IMG/VR virus record: IMGVR_UViG_3300021246_000107
Coordinates: 1 to 52,961 of that record
Origin: a virus
Lineage: Duplodnaviria > Caudoviricetes
Length of the DNA stretch: 52,961 bases
Direction: 5' to 3' (one strand)
Below are positions 29,261 through 38,096 of the stretch, piece by piece; within the stretch, counting starts at the first letter, position 1; each line of letters opens with the position of its first letter. Below the pieces are notes generated by a model. The model saw only the letters and a list, made by a program, of their open reading frames with translations, was not told the DNA's origin and searched no databases. The translations under genes and the position numbers were made by a program.

Positions 29261-29351
29261 TGTTACCTGTTACCCAAATTGAAAAAATTCTCAGCTAGAG
29301 AAACAGCGCGGCGCGCAATGCCCTCGATGTCGAGGGTCCCGGGAGGGACCC
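29261..29351 (-). other. Candidate cos site
   Basis: Minus strand GGGTCCC (cosQ-like), then GGGCATTGCGCG (cosN-like, 29323-29312), upstream of terS as in lambda. Confidence 0.6.
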
Positions 29352-29390
29352 ATGCAGGGGGGGGTACCCCCAGCCCTCCCATCGCACCAG

Positions 29391-30080
29391 TCAGCGTGCG
29401 GACGCTAGGGCCTTGGCCATAGCCTCGCCGAACACAGCATTGAACCGGCGATCTATCAGCGCCTTCGCTCGACTTCGGTAGTTCAACCGCTTATTCACGG
29501 CCAGCGAATCGCCGAAGCGGATCAGCAGCTTGAGGCGACCAGTTGTGTTGGCGCCGCGCCGAACCTCACCACCCTGGCGGGACCGACCTCGTTCCGCTCC
29601 CTTTGGCCGGAAGAACGCTCGCTGCCAAACACCATTGACGATGCCCGACTTGGTTTTCACCGGTCCAATGAAGATGTCCTTGCGGGCCTTCAATCTATCC
29701 AGCACCCCACGCGGCAACTGTCCGTACTGATCGAGCTTGATGTCCTTCGGGTTGAGAATCGCCTTGCTGGTACCGGGCAATACGTGGTTGCCGCCATCCT
29801 CATACGGCTCAAGATATTTCGCGGCAATCGGCCTGACGAATACGCTCGCCTTAAGCGTGTCCTTACGAGCGCCTTGCACGCCGACCGACTTCTGAGTGAA
29901 TGGCCGGGGCTTCTTGAAGGTGGTGGCGATGTTCTGGATCTCGTCAGCCTGAACCTCTTTGGCCAGCGCCGTCAGCGCCTGCGCGGTGGCAAACCCGATC
30001 TGCTTATAAGCCAGAGCGGATAACGTTTTGGTCAACTCCTTAACGTTGGCACGAACTGAAATATCGAAAGGGCTCGCCAT
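29391..30080 (-). CDS. Basic phage morphogenesis protein, function uncertain
   Basis: 229 aa; ATAQALT...FKKPRPFT; lies just before terS. Confidence 0.65.
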   Translation of the reverse strand: MASPFDISVRANVKELTKTLSALAYKQIGFATAQALTALAKEVQADEIQNIATTFKKPRPFTQKSVGVQGARKDTLKASVFVRPIAAKYLEPYEDGGNHVLPGTSKAILNPKDIKLDQYGQLPRGVLDRLKARKDIFIGPVKTKSGIVNGVWQRAFFRPKGAERGRSRQGGEVRRGANTTGRLKLLIRFGDSLAVNKRLNYRSRAKALIDRRFNAVFGEAMAKALASAR

Positions 30081-30085
30081 CAGGA

Positions 30086-30313
30086 TTACTCCGTTGCGGT
30101 AGGTGTTGCGCGCAGCGTTTCAAAAGCTGCCTTGACCGCCTCGGCGCAGGCTGTTGCTTCCGAGGTCAAGTGAGCGACCTGACATACAGCCAAACGCGAC
30201 TCAAGAACTGCGGATAGTGTGGACTCCACAACGTCTGGCAATGCGATGAGTGATTCCCCGATCACCCCACACGATAGGCTGTCAGTTGGATCGGCTGATT
30301 CAGGCTTAGCCAT
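30086..30313 (-). CDS. Hypothetical protein
   Basis: ORF within the late operon. Confidence 0.55.
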   Translation of the reverse strand: MAKPESADPTDSLSCGVIGESLIALPDVVESTLSAVLESRLAVCQVAHLTSEATACAEAVKAAFETLRATPTATE

Positions 30314-30387
30314 GCTGTCATGACTCCGTCAAAGGTATTTTTTGGAGTGGCGCCGGCACTTGGCCTGGCGCCTTAGGGTGAAATCGT

Positions 30388-30558
30388 TTAGATGGTCTTG
30401 CGAGCTAGGGCGACAGCTTCGTCCCACAGAACGGGGAGCTCATAGCCAACGGCACTCAGGATCTTTTCCAGCTTGTCGACGATGTCAGGGGCTGGAGCAT
30501 CTGGGGCGTCCGGTGCTGCTTGATCCGCACCTTCAACCAAAAGAGTTTCATCAGTCAT
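30388..30558 (-). CDS. Small acidic protein, paralogue B
   Basis: MTDET...WDEAVALARK; RBS present. Confidence 0.65.
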   Translation of the reverse strand: MTDETLLVEGADQAAPDAPDAPAPDIVDKLEKILSAVGYELPVLWDEAVALARKTI

Positions 30559-30568
30559 ATCGTTCCCC

Positions 30569-30757
30569 TTAGATCTTCTTGGCCAGTGCAACCAGGTGAT
30601 CCCACTCGGCCTCGATGTTGTGGCCCAGGGTCAGCAGCAGAGCCTTGAGGGTGTCGGTATTTACTGTCGGCTCGACAGGAGCTTCGGCAACAGGCGCGGC
30701 AGCAGGAGCGGGTGTTGGAGCAGCAGCAGGTGCGGCGGCGGTGGTTTCATCAGTCAT
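30569..30757 (-). CDS. Small Ala/Pro-rich protein, paralogue A
   Basis: MTDET...WDHLVALAKK; GAGG RBS; alternative start at 30826. Confidence 0.65.
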   Translation of the reverse strand: MTDETTAAAPAAAPTPAPAAAPVAEAPVEPTVNTDTLKALLLTLGHNIEAEWDHLVALAKKI

Positions 30758-30812
30758 GGTTGGAACCTCAGTGAATAGCTTCGCAACCCATGCGAAGGAT
30801 GATTTCAGGAAC

Positions 30813-31037
30813 TTAGGGATTTTCATGGTTGCCTCCATCAGGCGGCGACTGGGACAACACGCGGACAACAGCAACACCGATACCCAGCGCCATATTGATG
30901 GCCGCGTAGATCAACGGGTTGACGGTTCCCTGGAAGACGGTCCAGCCGATTGCGCAGGCATTGAGCACCGCGCAGGCAAGGGCGAGGCGAACTGACCAGA
31001 ACCTGTGCCAGCCTCTGGCGCCTTCGATCATCTTCAT
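30813..31037 (-). CDS. Putative holin
   Basis: 74 aa with two TMs; WHRFWSVRL...VRVLSQ. Confidence 0.65.
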   Translation of the reverse strand: MKMIEGARGWHRFWSVRLALACAVLNACAIGWTVFQGTVNPLIYAAINMALGIGVAVVRVLSQSPPDGGNHENP

Positions 31038-31354
31038 GACGTACTCACAATGTGCAGAAGCGCAGGGCCGAGCCAATTCAATAACGCGATGATGACCCCG
31101 CACGCGCCAAGGCCGTAGGCAATCCGCCCGCTCATCTTGTCGATCTTGTCAGCCGTCTCTATCTGGCCTTCCTTGATCTCTTTGAGCTGGGGGGCCAGGA
31201 ACGCGAACTGCTGCTCGAGTTGAGTCAATCGGACCGGAGTGTTTCGGTTCGCTTCCTCAAGTTCTTTTGTGCGCCACATCACCGTATTCATATCCTGCTC
31301 CAGTGCGCCCATGCGCTCGGGCATCGTGCGCGCTCGCGCCTTAGGTTCTGGCAT
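31034..31354 (-). CDS. Coiled-coil protein with C-terminal TM (possible holin/antiholin)
   Basis: First late gene; ATGA overlap with the next gene. Confidence 0.6.
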   Translation of the reverse strand: MPEPKARARTMPERMGALEQDMNTVMWRTKELEEANRNTPVRLTQLEQQFAFLAPQLKEIKEGQIETADKIDKMSGRIAYGLGACGVIIALLNWLGPALLHIVSTS

Positions 31355-31557
31355 TGGTATGTCTCGATAAAAAGGGCCGACATGAGCGGCCAAACACTGG
31401 AGAGCAGCGTGCAATTGAATCGGCTCCAGCAGCACTCCCCGCGATAGCAAAAGGTGTAGTGGAGCCGAAAACGGAAACGCCCACCATATTGGCAGGCGCT
31501 AATAAAATTATGGCATTGTGCTATGTTGGATTTTCACCCAATAAAGAAGGATTTTTC

Positions 31558-31884
31558 ATGCACGCCCATATGGAACGCTTCGATGAAGTCGCATCTCGGA
31601 TTCTAAGATCCCTCTATGTGTGCTTTCCAGCTTCTGCTTACCCCGACCCAACGTTGATCGGCCTAACCGAGGAGAAGCCAAACTTCGAAAACGGACGATT
31701 GAAAGCGTCGGAGGAATGGGAAAAGCTAAACAAGGAGACCTCGAGCGCGCTGGCATGGCTCGTTGACGAAAATTTCGTTCTCAGTCGTAGCCAAGGAATC
31801 GGCTTTAGTTACGTCATCACATCCAAAGGCTTGAAAGCACTTGAGCACTTTGACGACTCATGCAAAACACCACGCATCGTCTGA
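31558..31884 (+). CDS. Moron, wHTH-like hypothetical protein
   Basis: ALAWLVDENFV...YVITSKGLKAL; hairpin at about 31899-31921. Confidence 0.6.
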   Translation: MHAHMERFDEVASRILRSLYVCFPASAYPDPTLIGLTEEKPNFENGRLKASEEWEKLNKETSSALAWLVDENFVLSRSQGIGFSYVITSKGLKALEHFDDSCKTPRIV

Positions 31885-31934
31885 TAGCCACGTGCAAAAG
31901 CCCAGCGTTGCCGCTGGGCTAAACAATTGTGCGC

Positions 31935-32255
31935 TCAAGGACCAGAAGGAGGATCCAAAAGAGTGCGGCCTTGGCTCTTTAGGTCAGCTTTCTGCTGTTG
32001 CTTTTTAAGTTCGAACGCTATCGACCTAACCTTACCTAACGTCTGTTTCGGCGGTTGCTTTTCATTATCTAAATGAAATTGAAGGTTTTTCCGAAAGTCT
32101 TCTGCCATCGCTAATGACGGAAATACACCATATATACGATCACCGTAAAAGACGGCCCACACAAAACCATCAACTGTGTTGAACATTTTTCCATAGGATG
32201 ACCAAGGCTCAGCCAAATCATCAACATGAAGCATATAAATCACCAAACTAGACAT
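31935..32255 (-). CDS. Hypothetical moron protein
   Basis: AT-rich; GAGGAGG RBS. Confidence 0.65.
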   Translation of the reverse strand: MSSLVIYMLHVDDLAEPWSSYGKMFNTVDGFVWAVFYGDRIYGVFPSLAMAEDFRKNLQFHLDNEKQPPKQTLGKVRSIAFELKKQQQKADLKSQGRTLLDPPSGP

Positions 32256-32416
32256 TCCACCTCCTCAAATACCCTTACCTCATAGAGTGTTCGAGTCTAG
32301 CCGGAATAGACATAAAAAAACCCGACGCAATGGCCGGGCTTTCGATTTGGTGTCGCGCTTGAAAAGCTGAACACGGTGCCATGAAAACAGTTGTTTATCC
32401 GCGTGGAAAGGATTTT

Positions 32417-32806
32417 CTACGCAGCTTCGCGAAACACCTCGATAGCGCAATCAACCCATGCCACGCCGGCCTTTATCAGTTCGCGAGCCTTGGCTTCACC
32501 CATGTCATTTTCGCGGGCAATTCGAAGTGCCGGCCACTTCGCGCCGAAGTACAGCCAGATGAAGTTGCCCATCTGCGCGTCCCGCGTGGCGAGCTTGGCC
32601 ACCGCCCGATCCACCACCAGGGCCACGTCATCCGTAACACAGTAATTCTTGATGCCTCCCTCGGTGACGTTGTTGTCCCGGATGAGAGCATAGAGTGGTG
32701 ACACGTACCGAGGTACGCCCATCCCATCCATCCGCCACCAGCCCCATTGCTCCAGCAGGTATTCAGTATCGCCAAGTGGCTTGTTGGTGTAGGTGCGCTT
32801 CTTCAT
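32417..32806 (-). CDS. Q: Late antiterminator Q
   Basis: LLEQWGWWR...VDRAVAKL...KAGVAWVD; last gene before the late region. Confidence 0.88.
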   Translation of the reverse strand: MKKRTYTNKPLGDTEYLLEQWGWWRMDGMGVPRYVSPLYALIRDNNVTEGGIKNYCVTDDVALVVDRAVAKLATRDAQMGNFIWLYFGAKWPALRIARENDMGEAKARELIKAGVAWVDCAIEVFREAA

Positions 32807-33088
32807 GCGGCTTTCCTCGGGTCTGGATCACTCAGGCCAAACAGGTCGCGCAGCAACCGGTCAGCGGGTTTGTTCTTTGCATTGCCCTCGATCAGAGCGC
32901 TGTCCGAAGTCATGGAACCCGATCTGAGCCCGACTGCCGTGCCAACTGGCGACCATATCCAACAGGTAAGCCAGCGCACTCTGCCCGCCGAATTTGACCT
33001 TGGCCAACTCGTCACCAGCGATCTGCAGAAAGCGCCTCTCTGGATCGCTCATACTTTTGCGCGGCAATGCCGCCGTTACATTACTCAT
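32803..33088 (-). pseudogene. Frameshifted small phage gene between the recombinase and Q
   Basis: MSNVT...DFGQR frame stops early at 32861; the shifted frame LIEGNAKNK...RKAA* ends in an ATGA overlap with Q. Lesion at about 32896. Confidence 0.7.
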
Positions 33089-34406
33089 TTGCGGCACTCC
33101 CGAGGCTTTTACAAACCTCGCCCTTAACAAATTGTGGTTCTGGCTCGCAGGCCCCGCCGTTCAAGGCGTCTACGATGTTTTGCGAATCTTCATATCTAAC
33201 GTCTGTCTGCTCGTGGATCGCCTTGAAGCCGCGTTCGTCTAACCAGTCGTGCCACTTCACCAGCGCCAGACGACGCTGCTCTTTGGCCTGGGTGTTGATG
33301 TAGGTGGAGGCGATCTTGCCCAGCGAGTGGTTCAGCAGCATCTCGCCAATGTGACCATCGACGCCGAGGTCAGTCCAGGCGGTACGGGCCACCTTGCGCA
33401 GGTCGTGACTGGTCCAGGCGCCCTGACCCAGCCGAGTGAAGACGGCGCTTGCCTGGTTGTCGCTTAGAGGCTTGCCATGGCGTGACGGGAACAAGAAAGC
33501 CCCTTCATATCCCTGGGCGGTCTGACGGTCACGGTAACGACGCAGCAGCGCGGCAACCTGGTCGGTCAGTGGGACGCGCAGCTCGGTCTTAGTCTTGGTG
33601 TGTTCGGCCGGCAGGAACCACTCGCGTTCTGTCAGCGCAATGTCGGCCCAACGGGCCTGACGGGTCTCGCCGATCCGGGTGCCGTGGCACAGCATCATCA
33701 AGGCCAGCATGGCGTCACCCGGTGCGCTGTCGAAGCGCTCAGCCAGCAGTGCCACCAACTCAGGCAACTGAACATCCCGCAGGCGTGCGGCCTTAGGCTG
33801 GATGCGCGCCGTGGTGAAGTTGCTGAACTTGAGCTCAGCCATCGGATTGAAGGGGATCAGGTCCAGTTTGCGCGCCTGGCGGAAGGCCATCGACACCAGT
33901 CGGTACAGCTGCTGGACGTACGACAGGGACAGCTCTTCCTGGGCAGGCCACATCAGCAGCTTGTCCAGGGTCTGCGCGTTTACGTCGGTGATCAGCAAAT
34001 CATCCAGGCGCGGCTTGAGCTGGCAGCCAATCGCAGATTTGATGGCTGACCGACGCTTGCCGCCCAACGACCGCGACTTGGCCATACGGTCACCGAACCA
34101 GTCCAGCAACTCCCCCACGGTCACCCAGCCGGAAACGCTGGCCGCGCCGTCGGCAGCCACACGCAGGCGCACTGCCGGCAGTGCAGCGATCACCTGCTTG
34201 GTGTTCAGGTCGGGAAAGCCACCGATGCGGTGCCAATGGCGCTTGTTGAGCAGGTACCAGGAGCCGCGCGTGCGATTCTTGGCGAACCGGAAGTGCAGCG
34301 CCGGGTGACTGGCGTCCCGCAGATCGCGCACATGCTCAAGCTTGGCATTGCGAACAATCTCGGCATCCGACAGCTTCACCGTCAGGGTTTTGATTTGGGT
34401 GCTCAA
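33081..34406 (-). CDS. Tyrosine recombinase (second integrase-like gene)
   Basis: GTRIGE, TKTK, HDLRK, LNHS and ASTY give R-K-H-R-H-Y; arm-binding-like N-terminus. Confidence 0.92.
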   Translation of the reverse strand: MSTQIKTLTVKLSDAEIVRNAKLEHVRDLRDASHPALHFRFAKNRTRGSWYLLNKRHWHRIGGFPDLNTKQVIAALPAVRLRVAADGAASVSGWVTVGELLDWFGDRMAKSRSLGGKRRSAIKSAIGCQLKPRLDDLLITDVNAQTLDKLLMWPAQEELSLSYVQQLYRLVSMAFRQARKLDLIPFNPMAELKFSNFTTARIQPKAARLRDVQLPELVALLAERFDSAPGDAMLALMMLCHGTRIGETRQARWADIALTEREWFLPAEHTKTKTELRVPLTDQVAALLRRYRDRQTAQGYEGAFLFPSRHGKPLSDNQASAVFTRLGQGAWTSHDLRKVARTAWTDLGVDGHIGEMLLNHSLGKIASTYINTQAKEQRRLALVKWHDWLDERGFKAIHEQTDVRYEDSQNIVDALNGGACEPEPQFVKGEVCKSLGSAANE

Positions 34407-34699
34407 ACGCTCACCTTCCCTTCTTTGATCAAAATGGCCTGAGTACGCATGACGCCCTCGGCGAGAAACAGACGGATCTCGTACTTGGTCAACTGCCCGG
34501 GCGCACGCAGGCGTCCATCGGCAATGTCGTGGCAGTACGCGCAGGCCCAGGCGCCCTGGAAGTCATTTGGTTTCATGCCCATGCCGCAGGTGCCGGCCAA
34601 TCGGTAGTGCGCCAGCACTGTGGTGGACGGTTCGCACGAGCAGCCCGGGAAACGGACCTGGCAGTCGCGATCGCGCGCAGCCTTGGTGAGCTTGCTCAT
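34403..34699 (-). CDS. DUF1364 (YbcO-like) putative nuclease
   Basis: CQVRFPGC...TVLAHYR...ACAYCHD. Confidence 0.88.
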   Translation of the reverse strand: MSKLTKAARDRDCQVRFPGCSCEPSTTVLAHYRLAGTCGMGMKPNDFQGAWACAYCHDIADGRLRAPGQLTKYEIRLFLAEGVMRTQAILIKEGKVSV

Positions 34700-36066
34700 C
34701 AGAATTTTTCCTTGCTGTAACGACTGGCCATGCTGGTGACCTTCTGAGGTTTCTGCGGCTCAACCCATCCCGCCGCCAGTTGCTCGAACCGGCTGTACTG
34801 ACCCAGGAACGCCGTTCGAACGGTACCGGTTTCGATATCCCGGCCCTTGCCGATGATGATTTCGGCAATGCCTTTCGCTTCGGAATGCTCGTGATAGACC
34901 TCGTCGCGGTACACGAACAGGATGATGTCGGCGTCCTGCTCAATGGCACCGGATTCGCGCAAGTCAGAACACATTGGGCGCTTGTTCGGGCGCTTCTCGC
35001 ATTCGCGAGAGAGCTGGCTAAGCAAGATCACCGGTATGCCCAGCTCACGAGCCATCAGCTTTGCCGTACGGGTCATGTGACTGACCTCCTGCTCGCGGCT
35101 GAACGTGCGCGAGTCGGATTCGACCAACTGCAGGTAATCGATCACCATCAGATCCAAGCCGTATCGGCGCTTGTGGCGACGTGCGGCAGCGCGCATCCGG
35201 TTCATCGACATTGACGCGCGGTCAGAAAGGTACAGGCTGGAGTGCTTAAGCTTGCCTGCGGCGCTCATCAGCTCAGCACCATGGCTGTGTGGGGCCTTGC
35301 CGTTTTTGATCAGTTGCAGCGGTATGCGCCCTTCGGACGCCATGAAACGGTCCATCAGGCCCGTGTTATCCATTTCGAGACTGAATGCCATCACGCTCTT
35401 GCCCTCACGAATTGCAGCGTGGGCTGCGATGTTCATGGCCAGGGTGGTTTTCCCCATAGCTGGACGGCCGGCGATAATGATCAGTTGGCCAGGCTTGAGC
35501 CCCTGCAGTTTTTCGTCTAGGCCGGGAATGCCAGTGGATAGCCCATCAATCTCGTCACCTCGGTCGGCTCGGGCCTGAAGCACCTCGATGTAGTCATCCA
35601 AGATGTCCTCAGCCTTGATTACCTCGGACGTGGCCGACTGGCTATCGACAGCCTGGGCCTCAGCCTGTACCGCTGCGACTTTGTCCGCCGTGGGCTGGTC
35701 GCCATAAGCGATGTCGTTGATCCGAACGCTCAGCTCAAGCAGTGACCTATCCAGGCTGCGCTCGCGTACGGTGCCGGCGTAGGAAGCGGCGTTCGCAACG
35801 CTCGGGGTGTTGCGGGCGATATCGGCGGCATACGCGAAGGCGGGAGCCCCACAAGGTAGGTCGCCGACGCGAGCGCCGATAGTCACGATGTCAACTGGCT
35901 GGCCGGCGCCATGCAAGTCCAAGATGCCGCGATAGATGGCGGCGTTGTCCTCGTAGTAGAAATCCTCGACCGCCAGGTCAGCACTGAGCAAGTCGATCAA
36001 CTCGGGGCGCAGAAACATCGCACCCAACACGCCATGTTCGGCCTCAAGGCTGTATGGATCACGCAT
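34699..36066 (-). CDS. dnaB: Replicative helicase, DnaB-like
   Basis: AGRPAMGKT, FSLEM, IDYLQL and DLRESGAIEQDAD motifs. Confidence 0.96.
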   Translation of the reverse strand: MRDPYSLEAEHGVLGAMFLRPELIDLLSADLAVEDFYYEDNAAIYRGILDLHGAGQPVDIVTIGARVGDLPCGAPAFAYAADIARNTPSVANAASYAGTVRERSLDRSLLELSVRINDIAYGDQPTADKVAAVQAEAQAVDSQSATSEVIKAEDILDDYIEVLQARADRGDEIDGLSTGIPGLDEKLQGLKPGQLIIIAGRPAMGKTTLAMNIAAHAAIREGKSVMAFSLEMDNTGLMDRFMASEGRIPLQLIKNGKAPHSHGAELMSAAGKLKHSSLYLSDRASMSMNRMRAAARRHKRRYGLDLMVIDYLQLVESDSRTFSREQEVSHMTRTAKLMARELGIPVILLSQLSRECEKRPNKRPMCSDLRESGAIEQDADIILFVYRDEVYHEHSEAKGIAEIIIGKGRDIETGTVRTAFLGQYSRFEQLAAGWVEPQKPQKVTSMASRYSKEKF

Positions 36067-36766
36067 TGAAATTACCCTCGATGACCTTCACGAAGTTGGT
36101 CGGGGCGATAAGCCAGTCAAACACCGCGCGGAACGGTTTGCTGTTTCGCCCTTCGGTCTGGCCCATCAGGAAGGGACTAGCACCAACCAACTTGAAGAAG
36201 TCCGACCAGAAATCGAGATCCTGGTGAACCACACTCTCATTCCACCGGGCGTTGAGAGTTGCGATACGGGCCTTGGTAATCATCACCACCCGAGGGAGTC
36301 CGGGAAGAGTTTCGTTGAACAGATCGACGATGGCCTGGGTCGGGCATTTCGGCTTCACGGCTTTCGACAAATTTTCAGCAGCACGAAGAGGTGATGGTTC
36401 ACTTGATGGTTCTATTACGGTTCTGGGTGCGGCTGCTGCGGGGGGGGTGTGCTTCTCCTGCGGGGGTGGTGGTGCTTCTCCTGCGGGGCGCATCTCCTGC
36501 GGGGGTGCATATGCTGCGGGGGTTAGGGTGTACATAGTCGAGCGACCCATGCGCTCGCGAAATGACAGAATCCCGGTTGTGCCAAGCCACTTGATTGCCG
36601 ACTGGACCGTGCGCTCTCCCAGGCAGGTACGCTCAGCGATACGAGCTACCGAAGGCCAGCAAACGCCCTCGTCGTTTGCATTGTCAGCCAGCGATATCAG
36701 AACAGCCTTCTGCGGGCCGCTCATGCCTTGCAACGGCCAGCACAGGCTCATGATGATAGTGCTCAT
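36059..36766 (-). CDS. Replication initiator (O-like, HTH)
   Basis: KAVLISLADNANDEGVCWPSVARIAERT; C-terminal FDWLI..NFVKVIEG. Confidence 0.88.
   Translation of the reverse strand: MSTIIMSLCWPLQGMSGPQKAVLISLADNANDEGVCWPSVARIAERTCLGERTVQSAIKWLGTTGILSFRERMGRSTMYTLTPAAYAPPQEMRPAGEAPPPPQEKHTPPAAAAPRTVIEPSSEPSPLRAAENLSKAVKPKCPTQAIVDLFNETLPGLPRVVMITKARIATLNARWNESVVHQDLDFWSDFFKLVGASPFLMGQTEGRNSKPFRAVFDWLIAPTNFVKVIEGNFNA
36427..36521. repeat. Five 17-bp iterons, probable replication origin
   Basis: G(T/C)GCNNNT(C/G)CTGCGGGG at 36427, 36449, 36472, 36488 and 36505, inside the initiator gene. Confidence 0.8.
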
Positions 36767-36984
36767 GCAGATGCATCCTGCGAATGGGTAAGCGATGCTT
36801 TCAAATGATCAAGGCACTCTCGGCTAAATTTAAATTTCGACTCGCGGGAGTACTGATAACGAACCTGTAACGCCGCATACATAGCGGCCGATTGGTGAGT
36901 GATGCAGTGAAGCGACACTTGCTGTGTTTCGTATAAGCGTGTCGCGACACTGAGGGGATTGCCGGGGGGGGTGATCGTGTTCAT
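36763..36984 (-). CDS. Hypothetical protein
   Basis: MNTITPPG start; ATGA overlap with the initiator. Confidence 0.55.
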   Translation of the reverse strand: MNTITPPGNPLSVATRLYETQQVSLHCITHQSAAMYAALQVRYQYSRESKFKFSRECLDHLKASLTHSQDASA

Positions 36985-37120
36985 AATGGCCCCTGAAATG
37001 TTGTGAAGAAGCCGGTCTAGCCACCGGCTTTTTTGTGCCTGCGATTCAGGCGTTGTAGGTGTCCGGCGCATCCGTGGTAGCTTTTGCTTTCCACAGAAAA
37101 AGGCCCTGGAGGCCGGACAT

Positions 37121-37627
37121 ATGAAATTGGATAGAGAATTTCAGAAGCGCATTCTTGAAGCCTGCTCCGAGGCTTACCCGGGGTTCATTTCGCATGAGAG
37201 CTGGAATGAACTCACAGACCAAGTCGACGAACAGACGCTCGGTGCGAACCTCGTCTACCTCTACCAACATGGACTCATGGAAAAGGCCGTTGACATGGGG
37301 GTAGATGGGCACTACAGCTTTAATCTTGGAGGCATGCGCTGCACCCAAAATGGAATGGACTTTCTCGTCGATGACGGTGGTCTCGGCGCCATCCTGGGTG
37401 TCGTCACGATCAGGATTCACGGAGATACGCTCCGGGAGATCCTAGAAAGGAAAATCCTTGAGAGCGATACACCGCCAGCAGAGAAGAGTCGCCTCGTTCA
37501 AGAGCTGAAAGGACTCTCTGTCGAGGCCATAAAACACCTGACATTGAAATTACTGGACAAGGGACTGGAGCATCTGCCGGGAGCAGTTGCGCTAATTGGT
37601 ACGTACCTTCAGCAAAATTTTCGGTGA
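37121..37627 (+). CDS. Antisense moron, wHTH-like protein
   Basis: GGAGG RBS; MKLDREFQKRILE...NLVYLYQHGL...TQNGMDFL. Confidence 0.75.
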   Translation: MKLDREFQKRILEACSEAYPGFISHESWNELTDQVDEQTLGANLVYLYQHGLMEKAVDMGVDGHYSFNLGGMRCTQNGMDFLVDDGGLGAILGVVTIRIHGDTLREILERKILESDTPPAEKSRLVQELKGLSVEAIKHLTLKLLDKGLEHLPGAVALIGTYLQQNFR

Positions 37628-37820
37628 TACCGGTTTTCGCCAGCTCAAACTTGACGTAACCCATCTTCGAGCGCTGCCCGCCAACCTCCCCCCACAGCTC
37701 GAGCCAAAACTCAGGGATGGTCAGCCCCGCAATCGAGGGAATGATTTCCGTGCTAGCCGGGCTGCAACGCCCAGCAAAGGAAACCTGCACGACTTGGCTT
37801 TGCGTGATCTCGGTTGTCAT
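37410..37820 (-). CDS. Hypothetical protein overlapping the moron
   Basis: GGAGAAGGGG RBS; lies in the direction of the pR operon. Confidence 0.4.
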   Translation of the reverse strand: MTTEITQSQVVQVSFAGRCSPASTEIIPSIAGLTIPEFWLELWGEVGGQRSKMGYVKFELAKTGITENFAEGTYQLAQLLPADAPVPCPVISMSGVLWPRQRVLSALERGDSSLLAVYRSQGFSFLGSPGAYLRES

Positions 37821-37858
37821 CCCCTTCTCCGTTATCTATTTGGTTGGGTGATTCCGTC

Positions 37859-38047
37859 TTACCGTCGGAACGCTTGAATGGTTCCGCTCATGGCTCTTGG
37901 CCTTGTCCTTCTGGTCAGCTCCTGCTGGATTCCAAGCTTTGCCAGTTCCGCCAGGGTCATCCCCCGCTTCGCCGCCTCAACCTCCAGCAATCGAATCTCT
38001 TCCGGATCAAGCAACTCCCCAAGCTCCATGCCTTTTTCTTCCGGCAT
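37859..38047 (-). CDS. Small hypothetical (RHH-like) protein
   Basis: EAAKRGMTLAELAKLGI. Confidence 0.6.
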   Translation of the reverse strand: MPEEKGMELGELLDPEEIRLLEVEAAKRGMTLAELAKLGIQQELTRRTRPRAMSGTIQAFRR

Positions 38048-38096
38048 ATCGCCTCCAGTCCCTACGCGGTCCCTATTGAGTCCCTACGGATTCGCT

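Noticed and set aside
7366-31354. Split lysis cassette as a novelty
   Set aside because: A holin before the terminase with endolysin and spanins after the tail genes is common in Pseudomonas prophages.
31355-31500. tRNA in the late leader
   Set aside because: Hairpins are present but there is no T-loop GTTCRA or cloverleaf.
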